This document shows, one piece after another, positions 10,247-20,789 of a stretch of 64,000 nucleotides of DNA. A model generated the notes under the pieces. The model was not told where the DNA came from and ran no database searches. It saw only the letters and a list, made by a program, of their open reading frames with translations. Position numbers and translations under genes: made by a program. This DNA comes from Promethearchaeota archaeon (GTDB lineage Archaea; Asgardarchaeota; Lokiarchaeia; Sigyniarchaeales; SOKP01), in NCBI GenBank assembly GCA_019058445.1, contig JAHPZA010000009.1, positions 729,023-793,022 of the forward strand. Direction: 5' to 3'. Position 1 is the stretch's first letter. Each line of letters begins with the position of its first letter.

Positions 10247-11548
10247 ATGTTAGGTGATATTAGTGATGAAGTAGCAAATGAGCTACTCGCTTATTTTTCG
10301 AAAAGTATGATCGGTAATATTATAATTCGAGATGCTTCCTTGGAAAGTAAAATCTTTCCGGTAATGCATTATATTAATACGGCGTGCTATATCTTATACG
10401 ATCAATCTTATCAATATAATATCTTGAAAAAAGTAGCCAGTGAGATATCCCCTGAGGATATTGCTAAAAGATCTAAAACCTTATGTTCACCTCTAAATCA
10501 GTTGGCTTTTTATTCTATTGCTATGCTTTATTTACAAGGTCGAGCAGCTACGATTCATGATAATCTCTACAAGAAAAGGTCCAATCCAAATTTAGATATA
10601 GAACCTGAAAATAAGAAGAAAGAAACTAAATTCATCCTTGATTTTTGGAGAAGATTAAGTCCTAACTACCGCAACGATGGAGCTTTAACGGCAGAAAATA
10701 AACATATTGTGTTTCTTTCTGATGAGTATATTAATTCATTAAGGGATGAAATGATTCCTATTAAAGATAATAGAGAGATTATCACAAAACTTAGACAAAC
10801 CATTGCTCATTTAACTATTTTTAACTTCCTTTTTCAGGGGGAATGTAGGGCGGGAATTTCTGAACATGGGCCATACTATTTTGAAGGAGATCCAGATGCG
10901 TTAATATTCAAAGAATTTCAATTTCTCTATACAGGTAAAAAGATTTTTGGAATAGACTACTCTGATTTTATGTGGCAAAAAATCACTAAGCCATCACCAA
11001 TTCCTAATGTAATCTTCGGAATGACACTCAAGAATATGAATAAAATAGAATTTAATGATTGGGGAACATTATTTGCTGATCCAGCTGAGTGGCATTCCAA
11101 TATAACATCAATAGGTATTTGGACAAAAGAACAAATTCATCCAAAAGAATTACGTTATCCAAACAAAATGGGGTCAATAAAACCGCTTTCACTCAAAATT
11201 TTAGATGAATTAAGCGAATTTGCAAAAAGAGGTACCAAGGAACTTTATGTTGATTACTCCAAGTGGGATTTTACTAAGAAATTAATGCTTGGTACTAGCA
11301 ATTATGCCAATAGTTGCATGGCATTATGTGCCGGGTATGCAGGAATAGAAAATGAATTTAATTGGACATGGGCTAGAGACTATGCTGCGGGTAAATCCCT
11401 TAAGACAGATTTATTAGATAAAGAAAGAATAACGGAGTATATTGAGCATTTGAAAAGATGGAACGGAGGTCACCCATTTATGCAGCGCGTAATGAGAGGT
11501 AGAAAGATCCAAAAAACTGATCCCTTTTATTATTTTTTACAAGATTAA
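10247..11548 (+). CDS. Hypothetical protein (433 aa)
   Basis: Long ORF with normal composition; no family recognised. Confidence 0.7.
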   Translation: MLGDISDEVANELLAYFSKSMIGNIIIRDASLESKIFPVMHYINTACYILYDQSYQYNILKKVASEISPEDIAKRSKTLCSPLNQLAFYSIAMLYLQGRAATIHDNLYKKRSNPNLDIEPENKKKETKFILDFWRRLSPNYRNDGALTAENKHIVFLSDEYINSLRDEMIPIKDNREIITKLRQTIAHLTIFNFLFQGECRAGISEHGPYYFEGDPDALIFKEFQFLYTGKKIFGIDYSDFMWQKITKPSPIPNVIFGMTLKNMNKIEFNDWGTLFADPAEWHSNITSIGIWTKEQIHPKELRYPNKMGSIKPLSLKILDELSEFAKRGTKELYVDYSKWDFTKKLMLGTSNYANSCMALCAGYAGIENEFNWTWARDYAAGKSLKTDLLDKERITEYIEHLKRWNGGHPFMQRVMRGRKIQKTDPFYYFLQD

Positions 11549-12534
11549 TCCCGTGTTGAGATTAGATATTCCGAAATACCATCTCCTTGTTTCCCCTCAC
11601 ATGTAAAAATTGCTACCTGTTCAAAAATTTCAGTTAAACCTGTACGAGATTTGAGAGGTAAGTACTTGGAAAAAATCGTTTTTGACTCTAATGATTTTTC
11701 CTTTCCTTCCTTATCCGTCAAAATAAATATTGAGGACACAGGTGTTTTTCCATCTTCTTCTGTTTTTGTAGAAACTTCTACTTTTTCTATTATCACATTT
11801 TCTTTTCCCTTAGTATAAATTACTCCAGATTGAGGGGCTTTTCCTAAGAGGTCAGATTTAACAAAATTAATAGTCTGCTCTTCAAATTGAGCAGAAACCC
11901 AATTCCATCCATCAATTTGGACCCATTTCCTAATTCCCCAGCTGTGATCACGGTGGCCGTATCCTTTAATTTTTCGAGTTTCATAGATCTCACCTCTTTT
12001 CATCAAATCCAGAGTACCAGTTGCTAGCATAGGTTGTTCATAATGCTCTTGAGCTGCAATTTTGAGTAGTTCCTCACCATATTTTTCAAGAATCTTTTTG
12101 GGGTTTTCAATCTCAGCTAAATTAAATACTGGAAAGCGTCCCTGAAAATTAATGTCTAATTTAATTTTTTTATCTTTATATTTAACGCTCCATTCATTCA
12201 TTGGTTTTATACAGTAGTATTTTAGCTTATTATCAAATTCCCAGTTGGCGGGTATTTTTTCAAGGGGGACCTCATTATAATAGCTATTATCCTTGCCATC
12301 AACAATTAACAGCATTAATAATCGTGACTTGTTTTTATCCATATGTAGCGATAATCTAGTAATAAAGTACACATTATTTGGGCGATCAATAAAATTAAAG
12401 TACCAACTTTCGTTATGATATTGCGGGAATTTCCCTAATTCTTTTTCAAAATCATGAAAAAATTCATCCTTTTCGGACATTGGAACCCTATTCTTAATTA
12501 ATTTCTCTAAGTCAATATCATCTGACATTAACAT
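11545..12534 (-). CDS. Tocopherol-cyclase/CrtC-like beta-barrel protein
   Basis: NESWYFNF, HYEQ and GHRDHSWGIR.W motifs. Confidence 0.7.
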   Translation of the reverse strand: MLMSDDIDLEKLIKNRVPMSEKDEFFHDFEKELGKFPQYHNESWYFNFIDRPNNVYFITRLSLHMDKNKSRLLMLLIVDGKDNSYYNEVPLEKIPANWEFDNKLKYYCIKPMNEWSVKYKDKKIKLDINFQGRFPVFNLAEIENPKKILEKYGEELLKIAAQEHYEQPMLATGTLDLMKRGEIYETRKIKGYGHRDHSWGIRKWVQIDGWNWVSAQFEEQTINFVKSDLLGKAPQSGVIYTKGKENVIIEKVEVSTKTEEDGKTPVSSIFILTDKEGKEKSLESKTIFSKYLPLKSRTGLTEIFEQVAIFTCEGKQGDGISEYLISTRD

Positions 12535-12749
12535 TCCCTCCTAAATTAAAATATTATTCTTTATAAAAATTCAATTAAAATGATTTTAATTTATAATTTT
12601 AATTTTATATCTATTAATATTTTGGATGTGATATAAAACTCTTTCATAATAAATGTTTATTATACTTTCAAATTATATAATTAGGAAAACCAATAAAAAA
12701 AGTATTTAAAAAAAAAGAAAGAAAATAAGAAATTAAATATATTTTGTAT

Positions 12750-13283
12750 TTATTCGATATCTTTCGCATCATCTGGGATTGGATCATAGTATTCTATATC
12801 CATTAATCCACCAGTAGCATTCTCTTTCCAATGTGCCTTAATTGGCATTCCGATATAAGTGTCTTTAACATTGATGCCTGGAGCTAATTCTGCTATAGAA
12901 CATGTATCGGCACCATCATGTTGAACTAAAATCATAGGTTTCTCTTCAACTTGTCCCGTATCTGGATTCTTAAGATAGGCAATCGCATAAGTAGCAACTC
13001 GGGCAGTATCTCTAATATCCACCCATCTATCTGGTTTCACTAGACATTGACCGCAAACTAGCCTGGGAGGAAAGAATACTCTATTGCATCCAGAACATTG
13101 ATTTGCGATAAGTTTCTTCTCTTTTAATTTCTCTAACATTGGTTGATGATGTGTAATATTAAATCTAAATTTATAACTGGACAAATACCAACTTCCAGGC
13201 ATTGTTCGAGTTCTTACATAATCCTTCTTAATATAGTCTAAAGATTTTCTTTGGGTTAATTTTGACATTTTCTCTACCTCCAT
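12750..13283 (-). CDS. DUF35 Zn-ribbon/OB-fold protein (ChsH2-like, acyl-CoA binding)
   Basis: CSGC...FFPPR..CGQC followed by OB fold ending IGMPIKAHW. Confidence 0.9.
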   Translation of the reverse strand: MEVEKMSKLTQRKSLDYIKKDYVRTRTMPGSWYLSSYKFRFNITHHQPMLEKLKEKKLIANQCSGCNRVFFPPRLVCGQCLVKPDRWVDIRDTARVATYAIAYLKNPDTGQVEEKPMILVQHDGADTCSIAELAPGINVKDTYIGMPIKAHWKENATGGLMDIEYYDPIPDDAKDIE

Positions 13284-14521
13284 TTACGTTTTGGTTCATC
13301 TGACATAACCATAAGGGTACAAAGATTTAAACTTCCACCCCAACCATGCCCTATGGATGTATGAACAGTTTTAGGTACCTGATTATCAGCTTTTCCCATT
13401 ATTTGTAAGGCGGCAACCGCGGGTCTTTCCATCGCAGAAGCACCAATAGCATTGGTAGAATTAACCCCACCCGAACAATTAACTGGTAGATCACCATCTA
13501 AAGCAGTTGTACCATTTTCATACATTTGTGGTGCTGTAGTTTCTTCGAATAATCCTAATTTCTCCAGCCACATAAGTTCTTGATTTGGGAACGGGGAGTA
13601 TACCTCAGCATAGTCAATTTCTTTACGGGGGAATGAAATTCCTGCTTGAGAATAGGCTAACTCAGAAGATCTCATAGCGCCTATTTGGGCTGAAGGGTCA
13701 GTTTGCGCTGAGCCGCTTCCATCATATCCAAGGACAGCAGATTCATTTGCAACACTTGCCACACCATTAACATAAACAGGGATATCACACATGTCTTTTG
13801 CTTTCTCTTCTGTCGTGAACAACATAGCACAAGCTCCATCCGATGCCGGACAAAGCATACCATAGCGCAAAGGATATTGCACATAGGGCGTGTCTAAAAC
13901 CTCTTCAATTGTGAGATCAGGCATTCTTAAGTGAGCCCACCAATTCTTGGCAGCCATTCTTCTATTATGTACGACAACTCGAGCCAGATCCTCTTCAGTT
14001 ATTCTTGCTTTACTCATATAATTTGTTGCTTGATAAGCTGCTACTCCTATTGCTGCTCCGGCACTTAATATGCGTGAAAGGGAATCATAGTCTATTCCTA
14101 ATGTATTAAGAATCGAAATTTCTCCATATGCAGTGCTAGCAAGCCCCACACTAGTATCTCCTTGAGATTGTTGCTCATACGCAATTGCTAAAACTGTATC
14201 GATGCCTGGTAACCCCGCTGTGACATTATAATATCCTGCGATAGCGACTGTACCACCCGTAGTTCCTCCAGTTGTTACGCGCAATAATGGTTTATTTCTT
14301 GCGCCCATCCAATCAGTACTCCACAATTCAGGCATATTAGCCCCCTCAAATGCAGGCATGTTTCCGGTTACAAACGCATCTATATCACTTATTCCTAAAC
14401 TTGGAACTTTCTTCAAACAGTCCCTGATTGCCTCATTTACTAATTCCGGCATGTTTACATCAGATCTTTTTGAAGAATGCTCACAAAAACCAGCCGAAAC
14501 TATAGCTACTTGTCTACCCAT
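13274..14521 (-). CDS. Thiolase-fold protein without catalytic Cys, Ltp3-like (probable start ATG 14521)
   Basis: FEGANMPELW...KPLLRVTTGGTTGG, EVYSPF and NAIGA resemble Ltp3 as I recall it. Confidence 0.8.
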   Translation of the reverse strand: MGRQVAIVSAGFCEHSSKRSDVNMPELVNEAIRDCLKKVPSLGISDIDAFVTGNMPAFEGANMPELWSTDWMGARNKPLLRVTTGGTTGGTVAIAGYYNVTAGLPGIDTVLAIAYEQQSQGDTSVGLASTAYGEISILNTLGIDYDSLSRILSAGAAIGVAAYQATNYMSKARITEEDLARVVVHNRRMAAKNWWAHLRMPDLTIEEVLDTPYVQYPLRYGMLCPASDGACAMLFTTEEKAKDMCDIPVYVNGVASVANESAVLGYDGSGSAQTDPSAQIGAMRSSELAYSQAGISFPRKEIDYAEVYSPFPNQELMWLEKLGLFEETTAPQMYENGTTALDGDLPVNCSGGVNSTNAIGASAMERPAVAALQIMGKADNQVPKTVHTSIGHGWGGSLNLCTLMVMSDEPKRKWR

Positions 14522-14522
14522 T

Positions 14523-15665
14523 TCAATCACTTCCCTCCAATGTAAATAATATATTATTCTGGGCACACATTCCTATTTGCCCCGAAGCAATTGCTTTTTT
14601 TGCTCCCTTAACTTGATACCCGTTCGCTTCACCTCGAAGTTGTTTTGCCGCTTCAATAATTCTAATTAATCCCGTTGCACATGGGGGATTACCACCTATT
14701 GCCCCTCCAGACGGATTAATTGCTAAATCACCATTAATTTCAGAATTCAGATTCGCAGCTTTTCCTTTGTCAGCTAATCCGAGTGCTTCCGCTAAAATTA
14801 ATTCTTCATGAGCATAAGCTTCAAATAATTCCGCCACATCAATTTCGTTTTTTGGGTCTTTAATTCCCGCAGTAGTAAATGCTGTTTTTCCCGCAATTTC
14901 CATTGATTTACTTATTGATAAATCTCTCTCTCCAAGATAATATGCTTCCTGACTATATCCTACCCCTGTAATCCAAACAGGATTATCCGTTATTTTTAAA
15001 GCTTGTCTCTCAGGGGCCAATAAAATTGCAGCTATACTATCACAAGGTTGAGCAACCATTAACTCTGTTACAGGATCAGAATAAATTTCAGAATTTAATA
15101 CATCTTCGACAGTTATATTAGCATTTTGAGCCTCTGCTAATGCTAAGGGATTTTTAGCCGCGTTTTTTCTATTTTTAACAGCTACCTTAGCAATCTCTTC
15201 TTTGCTTACTCCAAACTTCTCCATATATGCTCTCATTTGAAAACCTCCGGCAGTTATATCATTCACATATCCAAGCGGTCTTTCCCAAGTGGGATCCGTC
15301 TCATACAATCGAGTAGAATGATAAGGGTAGCATGAAGGCATACTACCACTCCATATAACTGCTAATTTATGATTTCCGGATAAAATTCTCATTAATCCAT
15401 AGAGAACTGCATGAGCTCCATCCATTTCACACTTACTTTCATCTGCTAAATAACCGCCTCCTACCTCAACTGTGAATAAGTTACTTATGGTCCTGCCGTC
15501 ATAGTAATCATTCGTACATGATATAACCGTAGTAATATCCTTTTTCTTTAAACCTGACTTATCAAGTGCGCCCCTTACAGCTTCAAAAATCATTTCATAT
15601 CTGCCATAATTGGCATCTGAATACATTTTAACTTGATTAAATCCAACAATTCCTACTTTTTCCAC
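14523..15665 (-). CDS. Thiolase-fold protein, Ltp4-like
   Basis: DYYDGRTIS and DESKCEMDGAHA resemble Ltp4 (DYLAGRAFS, NESHVEMDAAWA, recalled); INPSGG present. Confidence 0.8.
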   Translation of the reverse strand: MEKVGIVGFNQVKMYSDANYGRYEMIFEAVRGALDKSGLKKKDITTVISCTNDYYDGRTISNLFTVEVGGGYLADESKCEMDGAHAVLYGLMRILSGNHKLAVIWSGSMPSCYPYHSTRLYETDPTWERPLGYVNDITAGGFQMRAYMEKFGVSKEEIAKVAVKNRKNAAKNPLALAEAQNANITVEDVLNSEIYSDPVTELMVAQPCDSIAAILLAPERQALKITDNPVWITGVGYSQEAYYLGERDLSISKSMEIAGKTAFTTAGIKDPKNEIDVAELFEAYAHEELILAEALGLADKGKAANLNSEINGDLAINPSGGAIGGNPPCATGLIRIIEAAKQLRGEANGYQVKGAKKAIASGQIGMCAQNNILFTLEGSD

Positions 15666-15676
15666 TTTTTATCACC

Positions 15677-16144
15677 TCATACCTTCACAAATCCATTTAT
15701 ATCAGATGGGGCTCCAGTAGTTTTTTCGCTCCAATCAACTTTAACCCTCATCCCAATCTTAATTTCATCAGGTGGCATATTCAAGAGTCTATTTACAATC
15801 GCTGTATTGCTACCATCAATTTGCACCATGGCTATAAGTTGAGGATCTTTAACCTTTCTAGTTCTTCTATCAGTAACTTTAAAATGTGTTATCGTAAAAT
15901 TTTGCAATGTTCCAGAATCCGGTAAGTCTACCCAGTTTTGATCAAGCGATAGGTTTTCATTACATTTTCCACACACACTACGGGGTGGGCAAAACACATC
16001 ACCGCATTTGGGGCATTTATTACCAACAATTTTCTTTTGTTCTAGACCATCGTAGAATTTATCCATGTATCTTCCAACCCAGAAATTAAATTCCGCACGA
16101 ACTAAGCCCTTATTATTTACTATTACTTTTTCTTCTTCGGCCAT
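15677..16144 (-). CDS. DUF35 Zn-ribbon/OB-fold protein
   Basis: CPKC...PPRSVCGKC and IKIGMRVKVDW. Confidence 0.9.
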   Translation of the reverse strand: MAEEEKVIVNNKGLVRAEFNFWVGRYMDKFYDGLEQKKIVGNKCPKCGDVFCPPRSVCGKCNENLSLDQNWVDLPDSGTLQNFTITHFKVTDRRTRKVKDPQLIAMVQIDGSNTAIVNRLLNMPPDEIKIGMRVKVDWSEKTTGAPSDINGFVKV

Positions 16145-16546
16145 TTTTTAATAACCATCTTTTATATTTAATTGAGTTGTGTTTACTATTTTTGATAGTT
16201 TATTTGTAATAATATTAATAGAACTTGATGACTAATATAAATTGCAGATTCTTAACTAATCAATTATAATTCATCATAAAAGCATTAATTACGAAAAGGT
16301 ATAATATTCGGGTATTATTTTTTTTAAAATAGGAAAAGAAGTAAAGGAAAATTGTAGAATAAAAATAATACGATTAATAACATAGATATTAAACTATTAT
16401 TTTTATAATACCTCAATATTACTCCTATTATCTTCTACATCATATACCTATATTTTCGAGAAACACATCCCGATAATTCTCTTCTTTAAATATCTTCAGA
16501 ATTTTTTAATATTTGTAGTAAACCTTACTATTAAAAAAGGTTAAGT

Positions 16547-16933
16547 GTGATAATTGTGAAAATATGGAAAAAAGAAGATGATGATATTTTAAGTATTGGT
16601 TCGCCTCATGAGACCTTAGGATTTTCTAAAGGAGAGAATTACCTTCAGATGTCTAAGGTTTTTCAAAAGTTCCTCATAAAAAAATATGACTTCAATTCCA
16701 TCAAACAAGTTCCTGAGATTAAGAAGCAATTGCAGGGAAGGAATATTTTAATCGTGAATGCAGAAGCCGTTCTTAAAAACAGAAAAACTTTAGAAGAGTT
16801 AAAAGATGCTTTGGAAGAACTTAAAGGGTATCTTAAGAAATGTGGAGGATCAATTGGAAGACTCGGAGATCACTATCTCATTTTGACTCCAAGTTCTAAT
16901 GTAAAAATTGCCAACAAATATGAAAGAAAATAA
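16547..16933 (+). CDS. sepF: Archaeal cell division protein SepF
   Basis: IKKQLQGRNILIVN...LEELK...GGSIGRLGDHYLILTP.NVKI pattern. Confidence 0.8.
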   Translation: MIIVKIWKKEDDDILSIGSPHETLGFSKGENYLQMSKVFQKFLIKKYDFNSIKQVPEIKKQLQGRNILIVNAEAVLKNRKTLEELKDALEELKGYLKKCGGSIGRLGDHYLILTPSSNVKIANKYERK

Positions 16934-17069
16934 GAGATCAATTTATTTTTTCTCTCTCTGATTTAGGATTTTGAGAAACGTTTGATTTTAGCTAATTTCT
17001 AGAAAGTATCTCCCAAAATATATTTATAAAAGTCCGACGAAATAATATTAAAATTATCTTATTAAGAGT

Positions 17070-17918
17070 GTGAACCCAAATATGGTTGAATTAGAAAATT
17101 ATAGAGAAATTGGAAAAACATTAATGGATGAATTGAAACTTACTAAATATCCAGTAGCAGTTAGGTTAATAGCACCAGACGAGGAAGTTCCAAAAAACGC
17201 AATAAAACCATTAGAATTGTTCGGTACTGAGGTTGCGGCATGTTTAACTTATACTTGGTGTAGTACAACTGGATTTTCGTTTTATTTAACAAAAAACGAT
17301 ATTGCTTGTAAACCAATTAGTATTGGTAATTTTGGATTAGAAAAAATAGCAGATGCAGAAGATTTATACAAGGCTTGGGAGAGAAAAGCAGCATATAAAA
17401 GAAATGCGGAATCGGAAAAAAAATCCCGCGAAAATGATGCGAGATTCCCTTATGGTCAAATTAAAGGTCTTGTTATTACACCATTACATCAAACCATTAT
17501 TAAACCTCATTTAACGATCGTATATTGTTCTCCTTTAATATTATCCCATTTAATTCTGGCTGCTACCTATGATGGAGATTGTATAATTAGTAGTTTCAAT
17601 GGGATGGAAGCATCTTGTAAAGAAGGAATAATACGAACGTATCTTACTAATGAATGCCAGGTGGTTTGTCCAGGGATGGGTGATCGTGTCATAGCGGGTG
17701 TACAAGATCATGAAATGATTTTTTCAATTCCAGAGAGCAAATTGGAGCTTGTTATGAACAATTTGTTTCTTGCTGGTAAAAAATTACAGAGTTCTGTTGG
17801 TTTGCATCCTTTTAAAATGCCATCTGTTAAATCAATAGGACCGATTACAATGTTTGGAAGACCAACCGAGCCTGAAGTGTGGAACATTTTAAGAAAAAAA
17901 ATAATAAAGGAAGATTGA
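17070..17918 (+). CDS. DUF169-family protein
   Basis: YPVAVRL, spaced Cys residues, CPGMGDR and EMIFSIP motifs. Confidence 0.8.
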   Translation: MNPNMVELENYREIGKTLMDELKLTKYPVAVRLIAPDEEVPKNAIKPLELFGTEVAACLTYTWCSTTGFSFYLTKNDIACKPISIGNFGLEKIADAEDLYKAWERKAAYKRNAESEKKSRENDARFPYGQIKGLVITPLHQTIIKPHLTIVYCSPLILSHLILAATYDGDCIISSFNGMEASCKEGIIRTYLTNECQVVCPGMGDRVIAGVQDHEMIFSIPESKLELVMNNLFLAGKKLQSSVGLHPFKMPSVKSIGPITMFGRPTEPEVWNILRKKIIKED

Positions 17919-17996
17919 AAATTTTAAGATTAGATAAACCTTCTTAAAAGTAGAAAAAATGCAAAAGAATCTGAAGAAGCAAATTAAGAAGTAATA

Positions 17997-19259
17997 TTAT
18001 TTTTTTTTTCGTTGTCTTAGAATTTCAATGAAACTTTCTATTTGGTTGGTAACTTGAGTCTCATTCAGCTTTCTGGGGTCGTTCATGTCCGCGTCTATAA
18101 TTAAACATGGGATATCAGCCTCATCCATTAATTTACGTTTTAGATCATATAATCCACATGAATTAGGACGACATGACATATTATTATGCAAAAGAACTCC
18201 GTCTATTTTCCAATCTCGAACTGTTTCTTCAAATTTTTTCACACGCGTTTCAAAATCATAAATATACCAAAAACTAAGCATTAATTCTGCCATAGCTTCA
18301 ATTGGTTGGTTTAGAACCATTTCTTTAGTTACATTAGGGTTCATATATTTACTAAAGGCATAGGTATACGGCTCATACACAATAATGGCACCCCACCGTT
18401 CAAGCGTACCAAAATATTTTAAATTATACCAAAAAGGTATCCCCTCGAACATCAAGCGAAAATTTTCTTGTTCTAATGCCCCAATACCATTATCTACTCT
18501 TGCTTTTGCTTCTTTATACATTTTTTTATAGAGTCTAATCGGCTCTTTAAGACCTGGCATGGTAAATAAGGGAAATAACCCTCCAAAGGTGTCCCTTGTC
18601 GATATCGGACAGGGAACTACTTTTCGTAATTCATAGATATCTTGCCAAACCATGCTTAAATCCCAAGAATTCTGGGTAATTTGTCTTGCTCGTTCTTCAT
18701 CATATTCATGTCCTGTTACTTCTTGAATAAAATCTAAGAATTCATAGAGTTGTTCAACTACGTATTTTTTAAAATAATTGTATTGTCTTTGGTTTGTATT
18801 GCTTACTACATGAGGGACATCAATAGTAAAATGGGGTACATTAAATCTTTCGGCTTGAACTTGAAACCAATTCACATGAGTATCACAGATCACATCTGTA
18901 GATAACATAAACGTTGGTTTTCTTGTGCCCCCCTTTATCATATCAGCTTCACTTTTAACGGCACCAACATTAGTTTTAAAATAAGAGCAGAGATCATACG
19001 AATATCCCTCTTCTTCAGCCATTTCAATGAAATTTTGGGAGTATTTTTGAGCAGCAGACACTGTGGCAGAATTTTCAGGTAGCATCGGTTGCACATCCAT
19101 AGCATATAATATTTCAACCGGAGACCCTGAAGTTGCCCAAGCGGTCGGTTTTCCATCTCGGTATGCTTGCTCGATGGCTAAGAAATGTCTTCCCATAATA
19201 TTTTTTAACCCCATTGTAGCATTTAGCATTTTATTACTTTTTATTTCAGCTTTTGACAT
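17997..19259 (-). CDS. 2-hydroxyacyl-CoA dehydratase / benzoyl-CoA reductase family subunit
   Basis: PVEILYAMD...PEN, DLCSY, ICDT, SCRP and DADMNDPR motifs. Confidence 0.9.
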   Translation of the reverse strand: MSKAEIKSNKMLNATMGLKNIMGRHFLAIEQAYRDGKPTAWATSGSPVEILYAMDVQPMLPENSATVSAAQKYSQNFIEMAEEEGYSYDLCSYFKTNVGAVKSEADMIKGGTRKPTFMLSTDVICDTHVNWFQVQAERFNVPHFTIDVPHVVSNTNQRQYNYFKKYVVEQLYEFLDFIQEVTGHEYDEERARQITQNSWDLSMVWQDIYELRKVVPCPISTRDTFGGLFPLFTMPGLKEPIRLYKKMYKEAKARVDNGIGALEQENFRLMFEGIPFWYNLKYFGTLERWGAIIVYEPYTYAFSKYMNPNVTKEMVLNQPIEAMAELMLSFWYIYDFETRVKKFEETVRDWKIDGVLLHNNMSCRPNSCGLYDLKRKLMDEADIPCLIIDADMNDPRKLNETQVTNQIESFIEILRQRKKK

Positions 19260-19269
19260 TTACCCACCT

Positions 19270-20307
19270 CTAAATAATTTCAGCAAATGCTGAAAATCTT
19301 GTTGATAATTGTTTATATGATTCTCGATTATATGTTACTTCTACAAAAAGATATGGTATCTCAAGGTTTTTAAACATCTTATTCATATATGGATGATCAT
19401 AGAGTATCGGTTCACAAAATTTTTGGGCAATATTTATAATCCCATCTACCTCGTAAATTTCTGCTAACTTTTTGATTACTTCAAATCTTTCATACGATGG
19501 AAATTTAGTAGAATGAATTGGTTTATTTAAATGGTATTTGGCTAATGCTACTATTGGTTCTTCATTTTCGTCAATGAGATCCCAGAAATATTTAGTTCCT
19601 ACCCCTAAATCATCTATGATAATATGGAAACCAAGCTCTTCAAGATATTTAATAAATTCGGTATCATCAATATCCGATCCAGTTAAAATAACTTTTTTAA
19701 TATTGGTATCTAAAAAAGGGTTTCTAGTTTTAAATTCTTCCAGTTTGGACTCGAGGATTTTTACAACCTCATCCTTATCTTGTTGTTGAGCTAATTTTAC
19801 TAAAGCATGGAATTCTGAGCCTTTCAATATCATTTTTTTTCTAAACTCAGAAATTTCTTTCAATAAACTCCGGATATTATTCATCTTTTTTATAGATTCT
19901 CTTAATTTTTCGGTAGTTATTTTTACATTAAAATGATCTTCTAATTGGGTAATTAACTCTTTCATGTCATCGATAAAAAACTTTAACGCACTCTCATCAC
20001 GTTTTCTTGGAGAATTAAGAAAGAACATGAAATCAAAATTCAGGCACTCAAGCCATATATCAAATTCACGATTAGTGCGATCACAGCCATGGGTTCCAAT
20101 TATTCCAATAATATCCTCATCTAAACCTTTTATTGCCTTTTCCAGGAGATTTCTTGTCCAAACGCAGTGGGTTGGTGGGATATGTTCATTTGCTTTATCA
20201 GGTTCAATTGTAGGATCACCAAAAAGGCGATAAGGAATTAATCCCGCTGCAAGAATGATTTCTTCTGGTGTCTCAACACCACTATCAAAAATACCAATCT
20301 TTTTCAT
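19270..20307 (-). CDS. 2-hydroxyacyl-CoA dehydratase / benzoyl-CoA reductase family partner subunit
   Basis: PEEIILAAG, HC, GCD, KFCEP and TRFSAFAE motifs. Confidence 0.88.
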   Translation of the reverse strand: MKKIGIFDSGVETPEEIILAAGLIPYRLFGDPTIEPDKANEHIPPTHCVWTRNLLEKAIKGLDEDIIGIIGTHGCDRTNREFDIWLECLNFDFMFFLNSPRKRDESALKFFIDDMKELITQLEDHFNVKITTEKLRESIKKMNNIRSLLKEISEFRKKMILKGSEFHALVKLAQQQDKDEVVKILESKLEEFKTRNPFLDTNIKKVILTGSDIDDTEFIKYLEELGFHIIIDDLGVGTKYFWDLIDENEEPIVALAKYHLNKPIHSTKFPSYERFEVIKKLAEIYEVDGIINIAQKFCEPILYDHPYMNKMFKNLEIPYLFVEVTYNRESYKQLSTRFSAFAEII

Positions 20308-20449
20308 ATTAAAGTACTCAATAAAATAGTTTTTAATAAGTATAAGTATTGCTAAATTAAATCCTTAAGAATAAAAAAATATTTATATTTTATTTTCATT
20401 TTATAGAATATTCTAATAGATTCTACTCATTAAATAAAAAGTTTTTCTA

Positions 20450-20770
20450 ATGTCTCAGCACACCATTTCAAGAACACTAAGTAAAGCAATTTTAAAGCCC
20501 GAAGTTCGTATAAAATTAAAGATTTGGAATACATATTTAACAGGGAAACTTGTAAAGTTCGATAATTATATGAATTTAATTGTAGAAAATGCTAAAGAAA
20601 TTTATTTTGGCAGGGGTGGAAAACGAAGCAAGGATCTTGGAACTGTTATGATCCGTGGCGCGTCTATAATATTCATTGGTCAAGATCGAGAGAAGATCGT
20701 ATTTATGGAAACTGATGAAGATATGGATCATGATGAATTGATGCATCGAGACGAATTTGATGATATATAG
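20450..20770 (+). CDS. Sm-like (LSm/SmAP1) protein with acidic C-terminal tail
   Basis: GKLVKFDNYMNLIV (Sm1) and GTVMIRG (Sm2); directly upstream of L37e. Confidence 0.92.
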   Translation: MSQHTISRTLSKAILKPEVRIKLKIWNTYLTGKLVKFDNYMNLIVENAKEIYFGRGGKRSKDLGTVMIRGASIIFIGQDREKIVFMETDEDMDHDELMHRDEFDDI

Positions 20771-20789
20771 AAAAGGAGTCTGATTAAAA

